Of a DNA stretch of 64,000 bases, positions 35,482-48,600 are shown in pieces. The translations under genes were made by a program, and so were the position numbers. The stretch's first letter is position 1. Every line of letters starts with the position of its first letter. Location: assembly GCA_036172245.1 (NCBI GenBank), contig JAYWIR010000015.1, positions 3,844,001-3,908,000 on the forward strand. Reading direction: 5' to 3'. The notes beneath the pieces were generated by a model. The model ran no database searches and was not told the DNA's origin. It worked only from the letters and a program-made list of their open reading frames with translations. The DNA is from Raillietiella orientalis. Taxonomy: Eukaryota.

Positions 35482-36327
35482 ATGAAGTTCAAAGGCAAAA
35501 TAACAGAAATACTGTGCTTGAAGTTATTCACGAATACGTTTGTTGTGTTGTCGAAGATCTGCAAATTCTGTATCATGCGCTTCACGCAGAAAAGCTTGTA
35601 CTTTTTAATCAATGATAGCATTGCATCCGGCAATTTCTGGTTGTGGTGCGAACTGCGTCAAGAGAACATTTTCGAATATTACTGCGTTGAAGGTGTATCC
35701 AAAGAATTAAATGAAATAGTTCTCAAGGTTTCTCCGGACTTCGTCGCCAAAGTTCTGAAAACTGCTCCAATGGCCAAATCTGTGAAGCTGAAATTAACAA
35801 AGAAAGATACACCAGCCCTGAGTTTTGAAGTGGAACAGCCATCACCAACATGCCTTTCAAGGAACGTATGTCATGATATCCCCATTGAAATCGTGCATAA
35901 GGAATACTGGAGCCAGTATAAAGAGCCAGTTATGACTGACCAGCAAATCATGTTTTTCCTGCCAAAAATCAAGATCTTCAAAAATGTACTGGAAAAGCTA
36001 AAAAACTTAGGTCACTTTGTAACCATTTCTATCAATAAAAAATCATTAAAGTTGACACTGGAGACTGAGACTGTACGTGTGACCACACACTTTAATGATG
36101 TTCAATTAGCACAGAACCTTACATCAGCTGGAACAGATTTAAATAATGATGACCACATGATTACAGTGAAAGTGGATGTTCGCAAATTTCATACTTTCAT
36201 CACTTCTATTGAGAATTTAAATGCAACCAAAATCACCTGTAGCATTTCTTGTAGAAGAGGATTATATGTCTCTGTGCTTCATGATGATATTACCATACAA
36301 TACTCACTTCCTGCTGTTGATAATTAA
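35482..36327 (+). CDS. HUS1: Checkpoint protein HUS1 (9-1-1 clamp subunit), 281 aa, single coding exon
   Basis: MKFKGKI...LWCELRQENIFEYY.VEGVS...NEIVL...AKSVKLKLTKK..P.LSFEVE...R.VCHDIPI...LKNLG...LETETVRVTTHF...IQYSLPA follows the Hus1 family over its full length. ATG at 35482 follows a ccag| acceptor-like site. Confidence 0.96.
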   Translation: MKFKGKITEILCLKLFTNTFVVLSKICKFCIMRFTQKSLYFLINDSIASGNFWLWCELRQENIFEYYCVEGVSKELNEIVLKVSPDFVAKVLKTAPMAKSVKLKLTKKDTPALSFEVEQPSPTCLSRNVCHDIPIEIVHKEYWSQYKEPVMTDQQIMFFLPKIKIFKNVLEKLKNLGHFVTISINKKSLKLTLETETVRVTTHFNDVQLAQNLTSAGTDLNNDDHMITVKVDVRKFHTFITSIENLNATKITCSISCRRGLYVSVLHDDITIQYSLPAVDN

Positions 36328-36688
36328 TTATTTTCAAACACAAAAAAATGAAAACTTTTGCAACTCTTAGCTAACATCCTTTGTGTTGGTTAGATCATAA
36401 AATAGACATTCTGCTTGCCAATTAAATCAAGATCAGTCCAAAATGAACCATCCCTTGTGCAAGATATAGCAAAGTTTAAAAAATGTACTGTGCAATTAAA
36501 TTTATTCACATGTTAAAATGTTTCAAAAAAAAAAAAAAGGCAGCTTCACATTTAGCTAGTTAATGTTGCATAATATCTTATTTGAACAAAAATATAATGC
36601 AAAATAACAATACTGTATGATAACACCATGTGTACTTCGGAAGCATATTATAATGATTTTAAAAAGGTTAACTCAGATCAAACAAGAT

Positions 36689-38391
36689 TTAAGTATTTGA
36701 TGAAATGATATTCTGTAAAATATCAACTTCAGGAAGCAAGCCTTTTGGTTTTTTCTTGGATAGATACGAATTCTGCAAGTATAGCAGATGTTCCCTATAA
36801 TAATGCCTAACTGCTTGTGGCTGCTGAACCGAAGAAAACAGACTGTTACTGCAATGACAACAACCCACATGGAAATGGTAATCAGTTGGCCAAAATGGGT
36901 GCCAGTGAGATCTCTTAAAATAATTAGGCATTCCTCGCAATTTCGCTTGTTGGTTTTCTGGCATGGCAGCATTGATCTATGAAAGCAAGTTTCAGAATTG
37001 AAACTGGCACCATTTGAAGAACTTACTTTCATATTTTCCAAGTTTTTCACAACTGAGACCATTCTTTGGCCTTCATCACTGGAACTGGCAAAAGAATTCT
37101 CATTTGCAGCATTTACACCTCCAAAACCTGAGCAATATTTTTGTTTCTTTTTAATTGGGTACACACCTTCAGTTTAGTTGTGATGCATTTTGTAAAAACC
37201 AAACCAAACAATTGAATACAAAAAATGCAAACATAGTCTTTAAATTCATGTCCCAAACAGAAGACTTATGCATTAATTATTCATTCTTTCAATAACATAA
37301 TCAGCTTATATTTTATTTGGAACAGAATATAAATACTTATCAAAAATTATTTAGTCATTATGCTTTCTATATGAATCTGTCATAATCCCATCAAAAGGGA
37401 AAAATTCTTTCCTTATTGCTCAGTTAGATAACTAGAAACAATTTTTGAAATGAACAAAAGTTCAGGCACGGTAAAAGTGTTTCACAGAATGCATTCAAGT
37501 GTAAATGAAGTGCATTTTTATCACACAAACTTGAATTGATTGTACAACTTATCTTTTATTACAAATGGATTTCTTGCATCTTACCCATTTTTAGTGCATT
37601 CTGGGTAGAGATTTTATGTTTCATAGAATTTTCAAGAGCTGACTCCATAACAATGTCATATCTTGTTTCAGTTTCATCTGCAGCTCCTCCCTAAGATAAA
37701 CAAATTGCACACAGCTCTTAAATTTAACACATTGCAAACAGACTTGAAGATATTTTGACTGCATGCTTCAAGCAATATAGTAGGATGAAATGAACATGGA
37801 GATATTCATGTTCATACTACCTGTTTAAGTGCAATTGCAAATCCTACATTCAGCTCAGCAGTAATAAATAAAGTATTTAAATGCAGATGCTCACTGAAGT
37901 TCTTTTTTCCAGGGAATCTTTTGCTGATTCTCCTGTGTTATCTTTCTCAGACTGGAATTCAGAATATTCATTTGGTACTTCTTTTAAAATACATTCCTTT
38001 ATTGTTTTCTGAACTAAATTACAAAAAATTATTTAAATCTATGTTTATCAACAAAAACATTGGAACTGACAAATATTACATTTACTTCTTTTTTCTTTTT
38101 CTTCAAGAAATTCTTTAAGGACATCCTTTCCTGTTTCTGGATCTGTGATTTCAATGATATTTTTTTTTTTTACATTGGATTCTGTTTGAGGAAGCAAATT
38201 TGGCAGCATGAAAGAAACATGTCTTCTTAAAGGATGACAAACATGAGGGCGTTTAAGAAACACATGAGGAAATGGTTGATGTTCTAAAGATGATGTATAC
38301 AATTTATACACTTATATCTAGAAGACTCACCTGATATATAACGATCTGAAAAATTATATTGTGATTGAACTTGATGGGGTATCAGTCGTTT
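36689..38391 (-). CDS. Truncated eIF4G paralogue (PABP-binding and eIF4E-binding motifs only); 5' end unresolved
   Basis: GT-AG exons 38391-38331, 38283-38086, 38013-37895, 37690-37585, 37127-37027 and 36976-36689 splice into an 873-nt stop-free frame ending in TAA. It contains KKKNIIEITDPETGKDVLKEFLEEKEK and VRHYYREHLLYLQNSYLSKKKPKGLLPEVDIL. A candidate upstream exon at ~38740-38885 was not resolved. Confidence 0.8.
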
Positions 38392-40799
38392 CTGCAATTC
38401 AAAAAAATCATACTATGAAATCATGGAAAAAATAAAAAAAGATACCAATATAATTCCAAACTACAAGGATATACGGATTTGGTCTTCCGAAAACACATGC
38501 TTAAAACTCATGACAATCAGAGAATTGGGTACTTTTTGACAAAAATCACTTTCTTTAAGGGTGACCACAGTTATTACTGTCATGAATAATGAAATATTCA
38601 TTATAACTACAAATTCTTCAAGTACACAAATATGCAATCAAGCAAACGTTCCCAAACAATGAAGAATTAAGTACATCACACATATGGAGCACCCACAACA
38701 ATGAGTTTCGAAATGTACATATTACATATGCACACATACACGCAACTGCAGGCCTCAATGCTTGTGAAAGATTGCAGTTATGACGGCAACTATGCAGATG
38801 GGTATTAAATGGGTAAGGGGCTACTATACGGCAGATTGGTCTAACTGTGCTTCCATACAAAGGCATGAACAAAGTATGCATTATTCTGAATTTTTTTGCA
38901 ATATTAACTGATAATTAAAAACACAATTGACAAGCAGAAAAACGCCGAATAGGGTATCAGTTTCAAAATTTACATCCACTGATCAACTCTAATTAACTTT
39001 TAAATTATTTCACAATTACCTGATCAAAATGATTTGTTCTCTTCATCATCCGTAAAAGAAGAATCGAAGTATTTGAAGGAAGTGCCAAGTCTTGAGAAAT
39101 TTTCTCGATTATTGCTAAACATCAAATGCATGTGCAATTCAGCATGCATTTGTAGGCAGTGATTTATTTAATTTTCCTTAGAATAATGAAATCAGAAATC
39201 CAGAATATCCCGGGATCTCGAAACATTTGCTTAGGGTATGATTTAAGTTTGCTATGAAAACTAAGAATTCATACACAGGAGTTTATAATTTAAAAAAACT
39301 AAGCATTAAATCCGATATGATATTTTGAGTACTATTATATCTTTAAGTAGATAAAAGTTAAGCTCATAAATGATCTTTGCAAACATTGCTACATTTTAAA
39401 GAATAAAGGATATGAAAAGATTATTTTACATGAGATTAATGAATTTTAGATTGAATAGGGAGCCTTTTGTTTGAATGAATTCAAAACCTATAATAAAATG
39501 CTGAATCAGAATCTCATCTAGCAATCCATATCAATTAATTTTGAAAACGAAATAAATTTAACGGGGCATTCACAAGCTGTTAATTGATTCCACAAAAATC
39601 GCATATACAAAAAAAATTGAAATGTAATGAAAATCTTAATTCTAAGAAAACTGCCTTTGGTGTTTTTTTCTTATACACAATTTGTTTCTAAATTCTGTAT
39701 TATATGTTATACATATTGTAGCTAACAACGGTAACATGAAAACGTCTTCTATTAAGAGTAAATTGAAGAATTCTAAGTAATTGCTGTTTTAGGCAGTTAT
39801 ACTTATCTTGAAAAATTCAGTTAGGAAAGCGTCTCATCAATATATGAATGTTTTCCAAGAACGTCGTAACATTGTGAGCTGAATCAAAAACAAACGAATG
39901 CTGCATTCTTATTCATTGGTGTAAAAAGTAATTTTATTTTGTAAGAGAAATTAGACCTTGAAAATAATTAATAAGAAAGCAGTAAACTGTTTATGAGTCA
40001 AAAATTAAAAACCACAAGACATTTTATCTATTTTTCTAAATTTCCAATATACTAATGCATGATAACAGAAAATGCTAAATTAGCACATTGTCATTTCAAT
40101 TTTAAGTTTCTCAGCGTTCTGCCTGATGTGCTCATGTTTTCAATTTCCTTGCACCAAAAGTTTATTGCTTCACCAAAAAACCTATTACCAAAAAAGAATC
40201 TTTCCGGTAAGCCTCTTCTCGAGACTGAAAATAGATATTTTAGAAGAGAGTTTGAGATACAAGTTTGAGGGGCAGCTGATATTTACGGGAAAATAAAGCT
40301 ACCTAAGTGAACTTGAAGGCTGCTGATTTCCTGGACCTAGCTGAATATCTGTCGCTGTGAAAGCCAAAGAAATTCTTAGCACTAATTCTTAGGATCAGAA
40401 ACCTGAAAATCATTACAGGGACATCGAGATAACGATATGATACACGTATAATGTGTTTGATGCAGGATTCAGAGCTGGTTACTCTTGCCTCTGCGCTTTC
40501 ACGTACGGACTACCTTCGTCACACGGTTATTATCAAACCAGAACCACTGTAAGATCCAATTAGTGGAAGCTGGTGCTGTGATTAGGCGATTGCCTACACG
40601 CTGAAATGAAGGTCCTTTAGCTCCCTAGGCTCTCGATCTTCGCCGTCGATACAAATCTGGAACTCAGATATGATCCACTGTGTTCAAAGGCATTTTGTTT
40701 CACAATAACAGCTGACGTTACGGATGAACCTTTATGTTCGGGTTTTCCGAGTCCCTTACACGGATAGTCAGTCTTCTATGCTAACCGTGTTCATTTATG

Positions 40800-40966
40800 T
40801 CAATGTTCCTCAGACTGCTCAGTCGTAGATAAACAAAGTGCAATGCTATGGAACCCTCCAAAGTTCCGCAAGCCTTCTTCCAGGTTCATTCTCCACATGG
40901 TTTGCAAGTATCCTGCTTCAGTTTCTATGAAGCGATATGGAGGGCTGAAGCTCCGTGCATCGGGCT
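40800..40966 (-). other. Diverged duplicate of the eIF4G terminal exon (relic or alternative last exon)
   Basis: Ends CLSTTEQSEEH* versus CLSMPEQSEEH* in eIF4G. tcaatgttcctcagactgctc is identical at 40800 and 45676. It is preceded by a polypyrimidine tract and cag| acceptor in phase 1, like the true last exon (167 vs 173 nt). Confidence 0.7.
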
Positions 40967-41431
40967 CTGCGGATAGTGCCGGCGCAGGGGAAAAAAAAAA
41001 AAAAAACTCGAAGACTGTCAGTGAAGGACACCCGAAAAGGACACACTTTCCAAATAATTTTTCTTTTTCCATCTCTTGGTAACCGGGGAGAAGGAGTAGC
41101 ATAAACAGTTTAGGATGAACAAGGATGACTGTATGCTACTGTCAGCTTCTGCTCCTTACAAACTCGAGGAAGGTCGGAACCTCATCTGCTTGTGTACTGC
41201 AGCCAGGGAACTGAGTTGGCTGCATGGTGCAAGCTTCATGCACTTTTCATAAAAAGAAACGAAACCCACCAACAAATGCCAAGGGCAGCTTTTCTTTCAT
41301 TTTCAGGTTTATGTGAGACTGTGAGTTTAATAGTTTCCATGTACCTAGTGCTACTGTGCTTTGAAAATTTTCCTTAAGATTCAAAAAACGAAGAGCATCT
41401 TTAACTGTTGTTTCGTTTCAAAGTCTTGGCA

Positions 41432-41875
41432 TTATTTTTTTTTCTTTTCTTTTAACAGACTGCAGCACTCACTAGTCCCATTACAGGTCCTTGTGCTACA
41501 CCCACTCACCGAACTTTTAACATTAAAAAAATGGAGTAATTCCAAACCATCTCCACGTGACAAGCGAAAATCTAGGAGGACATTTGAACCCATGTCCAGC
41601 AGTGTAATTTTAAAGATAAGCTGCATTTTCCCTTGGTCTTGTGTGGAAATGGTCATTACTTGTGGGCAATTACACCAGCATTGATATCCTAGTTGGTCAC
41701 AAACATTCTGAAGTTCCTCCTGACTTTTAATGCCTTGCAGTGAAGTACAAATTAAGAATCGGGTCGTTCTTTTGACCAAGCAATGAAAAAAAAGGACTAT
41801 AGCCCATCTGGGTTGCCTGTTATTCAGAGCTCAAAAGTAAGTAGCTGCAGTTAACTGGTTGAGAAAAAAAGAAAT
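41432..41875 (-). pseudogene. CHEK1: Chk1 C-terminal regulatory (KA1) domain fragment, disabled
   Basis: FSQPVNCSYLLLSSE*QATQ... /frameshift in T8/ ...LVKRTTRF...CDQLGYQ...QVMTISTQD..KMQLIFKITLLDM...VLLDFRLSRGDGLE parallels Chk1 FSQP...LVKRMTRF...LVDFRLSKGDGLEF. It has an in-frame TAA, and no kinase domain was seen nearby. Confidence 0.88.
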
Positions 41876-44800
41876 GCAGATAATAGGTGCGGCCACTTGG
41901 AACTCTTTTGCCGAAAATTGATAAACCTGCCTTGAGCACATTGGGAGGAACCCATCTAGGAAATCCAGATAGCATCATCCGGCTGCTTGATGGCGTCTTG
42001 ATATTCTTAGAGAACTCTCTTTCACATCAAAGTAAGCAAATGATGCATTGCAGACCTGTTCGGTCCGCTGATTAAAGATGAAAAATGAGTTTTCATCTCC
42101 AAAACATCGCTATATTATTTTGTTAAGGTGTGTTGATTCAGCACTGAGATCATGATCACCGGCATTGAGATCCCGACATTTTTTCACTTCCATATTTTGA
42201 CTGCGTTAGGATTTGTGAGAGGGGGAAAAAAAAAAATGCTTACTATTTTATCCTTCCATCCTGTAGAAGACCAAAAACCAATCAACTATTGAAAATTTAT
42301 CGATACAGTTGTGAGTCCCATGTCGTTTAAAATTTGCTTCGAATCCTTTGAAACTTCGCGCTGTTATCCACTTTGGCGATATGACTTTTCTGGTGTGGAT
42401 TGAAAGCTTAGCGTGTTTTGTCGAGATTCTGCTTTGGGCGGTGTTGCCCTGCATTGCACAAGAACCACACGGATGTCGAGATGCCAGTGTCGTACCTTGC
42501 AGCCATCATGATGAACGGCGTGCTGAATTTCGTGACCTGTTTCCGGTAAACATATCCCACAGAGTGATCCCAACTCAAGCCAATGCCCAAAATTTGGATG
42601 AGGTGGCGAAAAGCGCCTTAACGCGTGCAGAGTTCCCAAGAAGATGAATAAAAAAATATACGTGGAATGAGCTAATGCAGTACACGAGGATTTGCAGAAT
42701 GATGCATGTAAAGCATGTTTTGCAAATCATACTGCCTACCGAAGGAACAACGAGAAGCAAAGCATTCCCTAAGTTTTTAACTACAGAGTACAATCCTTAT
42801 GACTAGAGGGGAAGTACATTGCTCAAATCTTCATCTACTGATCACGAATAGCATGAAGTGTGAACCTTTTTGGTGTTTTCAGACTTGTCGTGAGTACACT
42901 TCGTGACCATTGCCGTCCGATGCGAATTTTCTGCAATCCTTAAGGTTACAACGATCCCAATGTTCTTGCGAACGTGAAACGAGAAAGTAAATGATTGTGT
43001 CCCGCTGTCCCACCATCCTGAGGGAGCAACGGTGGTACCCATGGCAGTTCAGCCAAGTGAGTTCATTTGTTTCGATGCTTCCAAAGCACAAGGAGCCGCT
43101 GCAGTGAGGCAGAATGGCAGCAGGGCACAAAGGCAGAATTCTCTTTCCGTTCCGGCAAACGGCGCGACTTGACCAGGTACTTCGCTTCACGAACCCTCGG
43201 GCATCTCCCTCCATCATTCGCAACTCGGGCTCATGCTGCCTGACGTGGACCCCACTCGAAAGAATCTCTGGCCTCACCGGACGTTGAAACACTTGAATGC
43301 AATGCCTCGGAGATCCCTTGACGCTGCTGACTTAATGGCTAAGCGTATGGCTATTCACATAGGAAGTGCAATCGAAGAGATGTGAGGTGGTAACCTGAGT
43401 ATGGGCTACCTAATCGACAAGAACGGTAACGATACGACACACGACAGGATCAAGACTTCCATTACATTACGTGCATCGTTCAGAATGACTGCGACACAAC
43501 GGACGCGCACCGGCCTTTGGCATTTCCTTTGCATCGGGGCTAATCAACACGTGCTCCTGCTGGAAGAGGTAACAAAAAAAGTGATGACAGAAAAACGGTT
43601 TTCATTTACTTGAGCAATCGACCGGAAACCACTCGGATGTCCCAAACACATGGCATTCCAATTTTTGGCACGCACCCGGCAAAGGTCTCGAAAATTTCTT
43701 GGAAACTGGATCGCCGTGAACAGGCGGGCGCGGCGAACTCCCCCGCACTCCGGACGGCAAGGGCACATGATGGCAGACAACGCTCCCTCCATCTTTCTAC
43801 TTCAGTTCGCCGACTAAAGTGTCTATTCGTTCGGGAAACTTCCATTCCGCGTCAAAAATGCCGACTTTCCTCGGGCGAGCAGCAGTGCAAAGCAGGTCAC
43901 ACACGTTGACTCCTGGTTACTTACTGCGCTCGTCGAGTACGATCAGCGCCATTCAGACATGTGCAAGAGATGTAACCATGACGACGCCCAACTGCCATTG
44001 CTGGGCACCGTCCTCGTATTCGATATTTGTTTCCCAACGCACGGAATCTGCGTCCCGCTTTGCCCTTTGGCGGTTACACGATGAGGGAAATCTCCAGTAA
44101 TCAATCCCTCAGCTGGCGTGAACGTGTGAGGAGTCGATCTCAGTCGTATCACACGTGCACTGTGAATGACGTTTCGTCTTCCGAGATCCTTGCAATTTTC
44201 TTATGTACTTGCGTGGGGGGTTGGGGCTATGGTTGCAAGCATCAACTCCGTGGTAAATACGACTTGGTGCTGTGAACACATAAATACATATGTCTGACGA
44301 AGCAAACGGTTTATTCTCCACAGTAGAGTATCGCCTCGCAGCATCTTCCAGAACATTCAAGAGACCTTTTAAGCCTGTTGGTCGCACCGCTACCAAGAAA
44401 CACACACACAAAAAGAAAAAGGAACAACACACACGTACAATGATAAACTTTTGTATTTCAGATTCAAACAGTAAAAAAAATACTTTCCATTTTCAAAAGG
44501 ACAAATGAGCAAAAACACATCCTAGCAGAAATGCCACGCAATACAAAACAGCCTGCTGTTTCCTGGTCAGTTTGACATATTGCTGGGCACAAGAGTTACC
44601 GTATTCACTTTTACAGAAAGGTTTCGATTTACAAATTTTGGGGTTCTGCGTCAACGACACAGACTTGCGGACACACTCTTGCACACGCCCATTTTCGTCC
44701 AATTTCGTCTTTTTCGTGAGCTGTTTCAAGTGACAGCCGGTGCCACCTCGACAAGAACTCGAGGAGCTAACGAAACTTTCTGGACAGCCCACGTTCTCGG

Positions 44801-45675
44801 AACTGGAACTCAATTCAAAATCGCAACTATTTTCAGAATAGCTTGCTGGCATCGTGTCATCTATTCGCACGTGCGGCAAACACAAAAAGCAGCATGCAAA
44901 AATTTAGTTCCAGTTTAATTTTTTTTTTTTTTCAATGATAAAACAGCTAAAGGGGGCAATGAATGAATTGTGCAAATTACACACCGTAGTGATCTGCGTG
45001 TAATCACCAAGGTTACTAATTGTCAGGGTCTTATTGCTTGCACGCCTAATTTTTACCATTTCCATTACCAGCGAAGCAAACAAGAACCAGGACCAAGCAT
45101 TTTTCCTATTTCCAACACGGCGCAAAGTTAATTTTTCTTTATTCTATAAGGCTATTTACATACATTTATATGATTAAAAATGTGAAGCTTAATTAAAATA
45201 TAAAATATGGATTCTTTTCCGCATTTACACCGGTAGTACACAGAAGCAGTCCTCCTACAAAACAAAATTCGTGACGGCGGAGGCGGCGGCCACGAAAGAT
45301 GGCGACTACCCCAAAATGCAAAACTACTGTGCAAAATTTCAAAGCACACACACACGCACGCACACTTACACATACATATTAAAGTCTTTTAATGCTACGT
45401 GATTTTTTTTTTTTTTGACTTTAAAATCTGAACAAGAATCATATATCGAATACAACCACATGGTTATATGCAGAACCGGCACCACTCGTTCACTTTCATG
45501 GGGAAAATTGCAGCATCAAGATATCGGCATGTCAACAAAAATAAACGACTTTAAAAATGTATTAATATACACTGTTACTTTGTCATGTTAACTTTTTAAA
45601 AAAAGTTGCATAATATACTGTTCTGGAGACATGTCAATAAATAGCTGGGCTAGGATCACTATAACCACATTTACG

Positions 45676-48600
45676 TCAATGTTCCTCAGACTGCTCGGGC
45701 ATAGATAAACATTCAAAGAAACGGTTTGTTGATTTCACAGCCACACCCTTCCCCTCCATTTCTGATACGTCCTCCTTCCACATTTTGAAGACGTTTCCCA
45801 TCACCAAATCTTTATCTTCAAGGAATTGGAAGCAACTCCGGAGGAAGTCTAGGCACGAGAAAAAGAAAAAAAAAAAGGCAAAACAGAAAGCATGAAACAG
45901 TTTGTGCATAGCTCCAACCTTGGGGATGATCGAGGATTAAATCTAGATGCTGCAAGGCAAGCAAGCACTGGAGTTGGAAATTTTCGTCTTCGCCAAGGTA
46001 CTTTTTGAGCACGAGCTCGTGCACACTGCAAGCGTTCTCGAAGTTGTACGTTCCCCCTTCTAAAAAATCGCCAGCGTGTGTGAGCAGCAAAGTATTTAGC
46101 ACCACAGATTACCCTTTTTCTCATTTAAGGTCATAAAAACGGCACTCGTTAAGGCACGAATGAAAGGATTACTGTACTGCACATCTTTATGATGTTCCTG
46201 GAACAAAAGGAATGGATTACAGATTGCAGTAGGGTCAGTCAGTTCACATGCAAAGCCACATCCAACAGCGTCAGTATCCTTTTGACTATTCGCACAGTTT
46301 CACCAGTTGCATAAAGCAACCTCGCACAAGCAAATAGGTCTCATCAGTGTACTGCTGGCTATCCCGCAATTCCACCACCACGGGTTACTTACCACAATCC
46401 ACGTGTCGATCTCCATGCTGGAAACTGCCTTTGAAAGCAAGTTATACAAGGAAAAATAGGTGTTCGCATCACAGTGTTTGGGGACTTTACATTTGGACAA
46501 GGGTGCCTTCTGCAAATGAAAGAAAATAATAGGACAATGCTTGGTCACAAAATCCCTTCTGAGACTCACAGGTTGCTTATCACTGGGGGTACTAAGAGTA
46601 CTCGATGGTTCCTTTATCCCTTCCAGGATTTCATCTATGAAAGCCTCGGGTTTCTGTATGTTCAGAAACTTCCAAGTTTCAGGAGAAATTTCTTTGCCCA
46701 CTTCTTGCGCTTTAGCCCGATTCTTGACAAAAAACAAAAAGTTAAGTTCGAAAGAATTTTTTCCTGTTTTCCCTTTACCTCATGGGTTGCAATATATTCA
46801 AGTATGGGTTTGACGAACTTTAGGCGATTTGCTTCCTCGCCATAATCTAAATCTTTCAAGAAATTGATGGAGATAATTCCGTTGGTTATTGCTGGAGCTA
46901 CGAAAAAGAAAAAGAATTTAGTTTGCATCAGCACACATTCCAACCACACACGCTGTCGATGTACCTATGATATGTCCCAAATACATCCACAGCAACGGAA
47001 TATCAAGTTCTAAATCTGGGGCGTTACGAATAGTTTCTTGCAACCTTTGAACAGTAACTTAAATGTAACAAAATTTAAATCATTTCGCCACAACGCACCC
47101 GTCAATGTAAGTCTGCGCAGAAATCAGCTTGGCTTTGACTAGATGAGCAAGATGATAACTGCCTTCCATTCTTACTGACGCAGGCTTTTCAAGCAAAACA
47201 TTTATCATCTCTAGCACAATCGTATCTACGTTCGAAGAATGAAACTTCTCTGTTACCACTTTGCAGAATGCCTCATTCTGATGGGGAAGATTAGGGAGAG
47301 CGAAAGAGGTATAAAATTCCAGGCACACAAGCACAGGCACATGCATGCACACACACACACAGACACAAGAACTACCGTTAACTTGGTGGGGAGTAAATTA
47401 CAAATATCATCGATTATTTTTCGCAGCATCTCGTTGTCCATTTTTGCAGGCCCCTGAAAAGTCAATTCCACATTCTTGTGGGCTTCATGTGTGGCATGAC
47501 TGTTACTTTGCAACTCTGAAGAAATAAGATACGGTTTGCATAGGTTTTAGCATTTTCACGAGCTTACCATGACGTTTGATTCCTTCCATGCTTTGGCTAC
47601 GGTTTTGGCAATCGGGATGCGTATCACGGTATTTTTCAGTAAATTCTCTGCTGGTAGAACTGAAGAAAACATCATGAAATTGACGCTCTACTTTACGAAC
47701 CCATACAACACAGGACGACTTTCCACTCCATCAGCAAGGGGTGAAAAACGATTGCTAATCGTGGTTCCTTTCGCCTCTTCCTGCTTAAGCTTTCCTAAGC
47801 TGCTTCCTGAGCCCCAAGTCTGTGAACCCTTTGGAGCAAACATCACTAGTTCATATTCCTGAAAGACACGACGTTCATGATGGAGAAATTCATAACTTCC
47901 TGAAGAAAAGCAAAAACAACCATCAATTCAGACAGAACATTGACTAACAGCATTCACTGATCAGAGACTCTAATCTGGTTGTTACTGATTCATCATTGTT
48001 CATCAAAAAATAAAAAAAAAAATTCAAAGGCCTCACCTTGGGAATGTTGGGTATTTTGTTTACATCATAGCTTTCACTCTTATATGATTTGGAGCTTTTG
48101 CTTGGATGAATCCAACCATCACTTTCAGGATGAGCTATGCTAGCAAATAAAAAACGAAATAAAGTACAATTTCCTCACAGCTTCTGCTCTTCTTTCTTTC
48201 TTCAGGCTGCTTCTTTGAGCTGGTATACAATTCCATCTGTTGCTTATAAGCCTCTATCTGAGCATCATTGTGTATTTCATCAATAGTCTTTGGATTGTTT
48301 GTGGCTCTTCGAGGTTTCCAATTATTTTCCTTGAGATCAATAAGATCCTGCAGCATAAAACGCACACGGCTAGATACAGTCCGTTTATTTATGATGTTCT
48401 GAATTTGTTTGAAGTAATGTAAGCAGAAATCCGCAGAATTCTGAAAAGGCAAAGTAACTTTACAATTACCTTTGTAACATGCTGTGCATTACCTCGGATT
48501 GTTCGTTTTCCAATTCTCTGCCAATAGTACTTAGTAAATGACACAAACATTCCAGAGAATCCTCATCATCTTCATTTTTGAGCAAAAATGAAAGGCAAGT

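Noticed and set aside
44109..45125. Exon-like minus-strand segments (e.g. ~44860-44600, ~44389-44290) suggesting an unknown gene between eIF4G and the Chk1 fragment
   Set aside because: Splice sites are plausible, but there is no recognisable homology and no complete frame-consistent model; needs RNA-seq.
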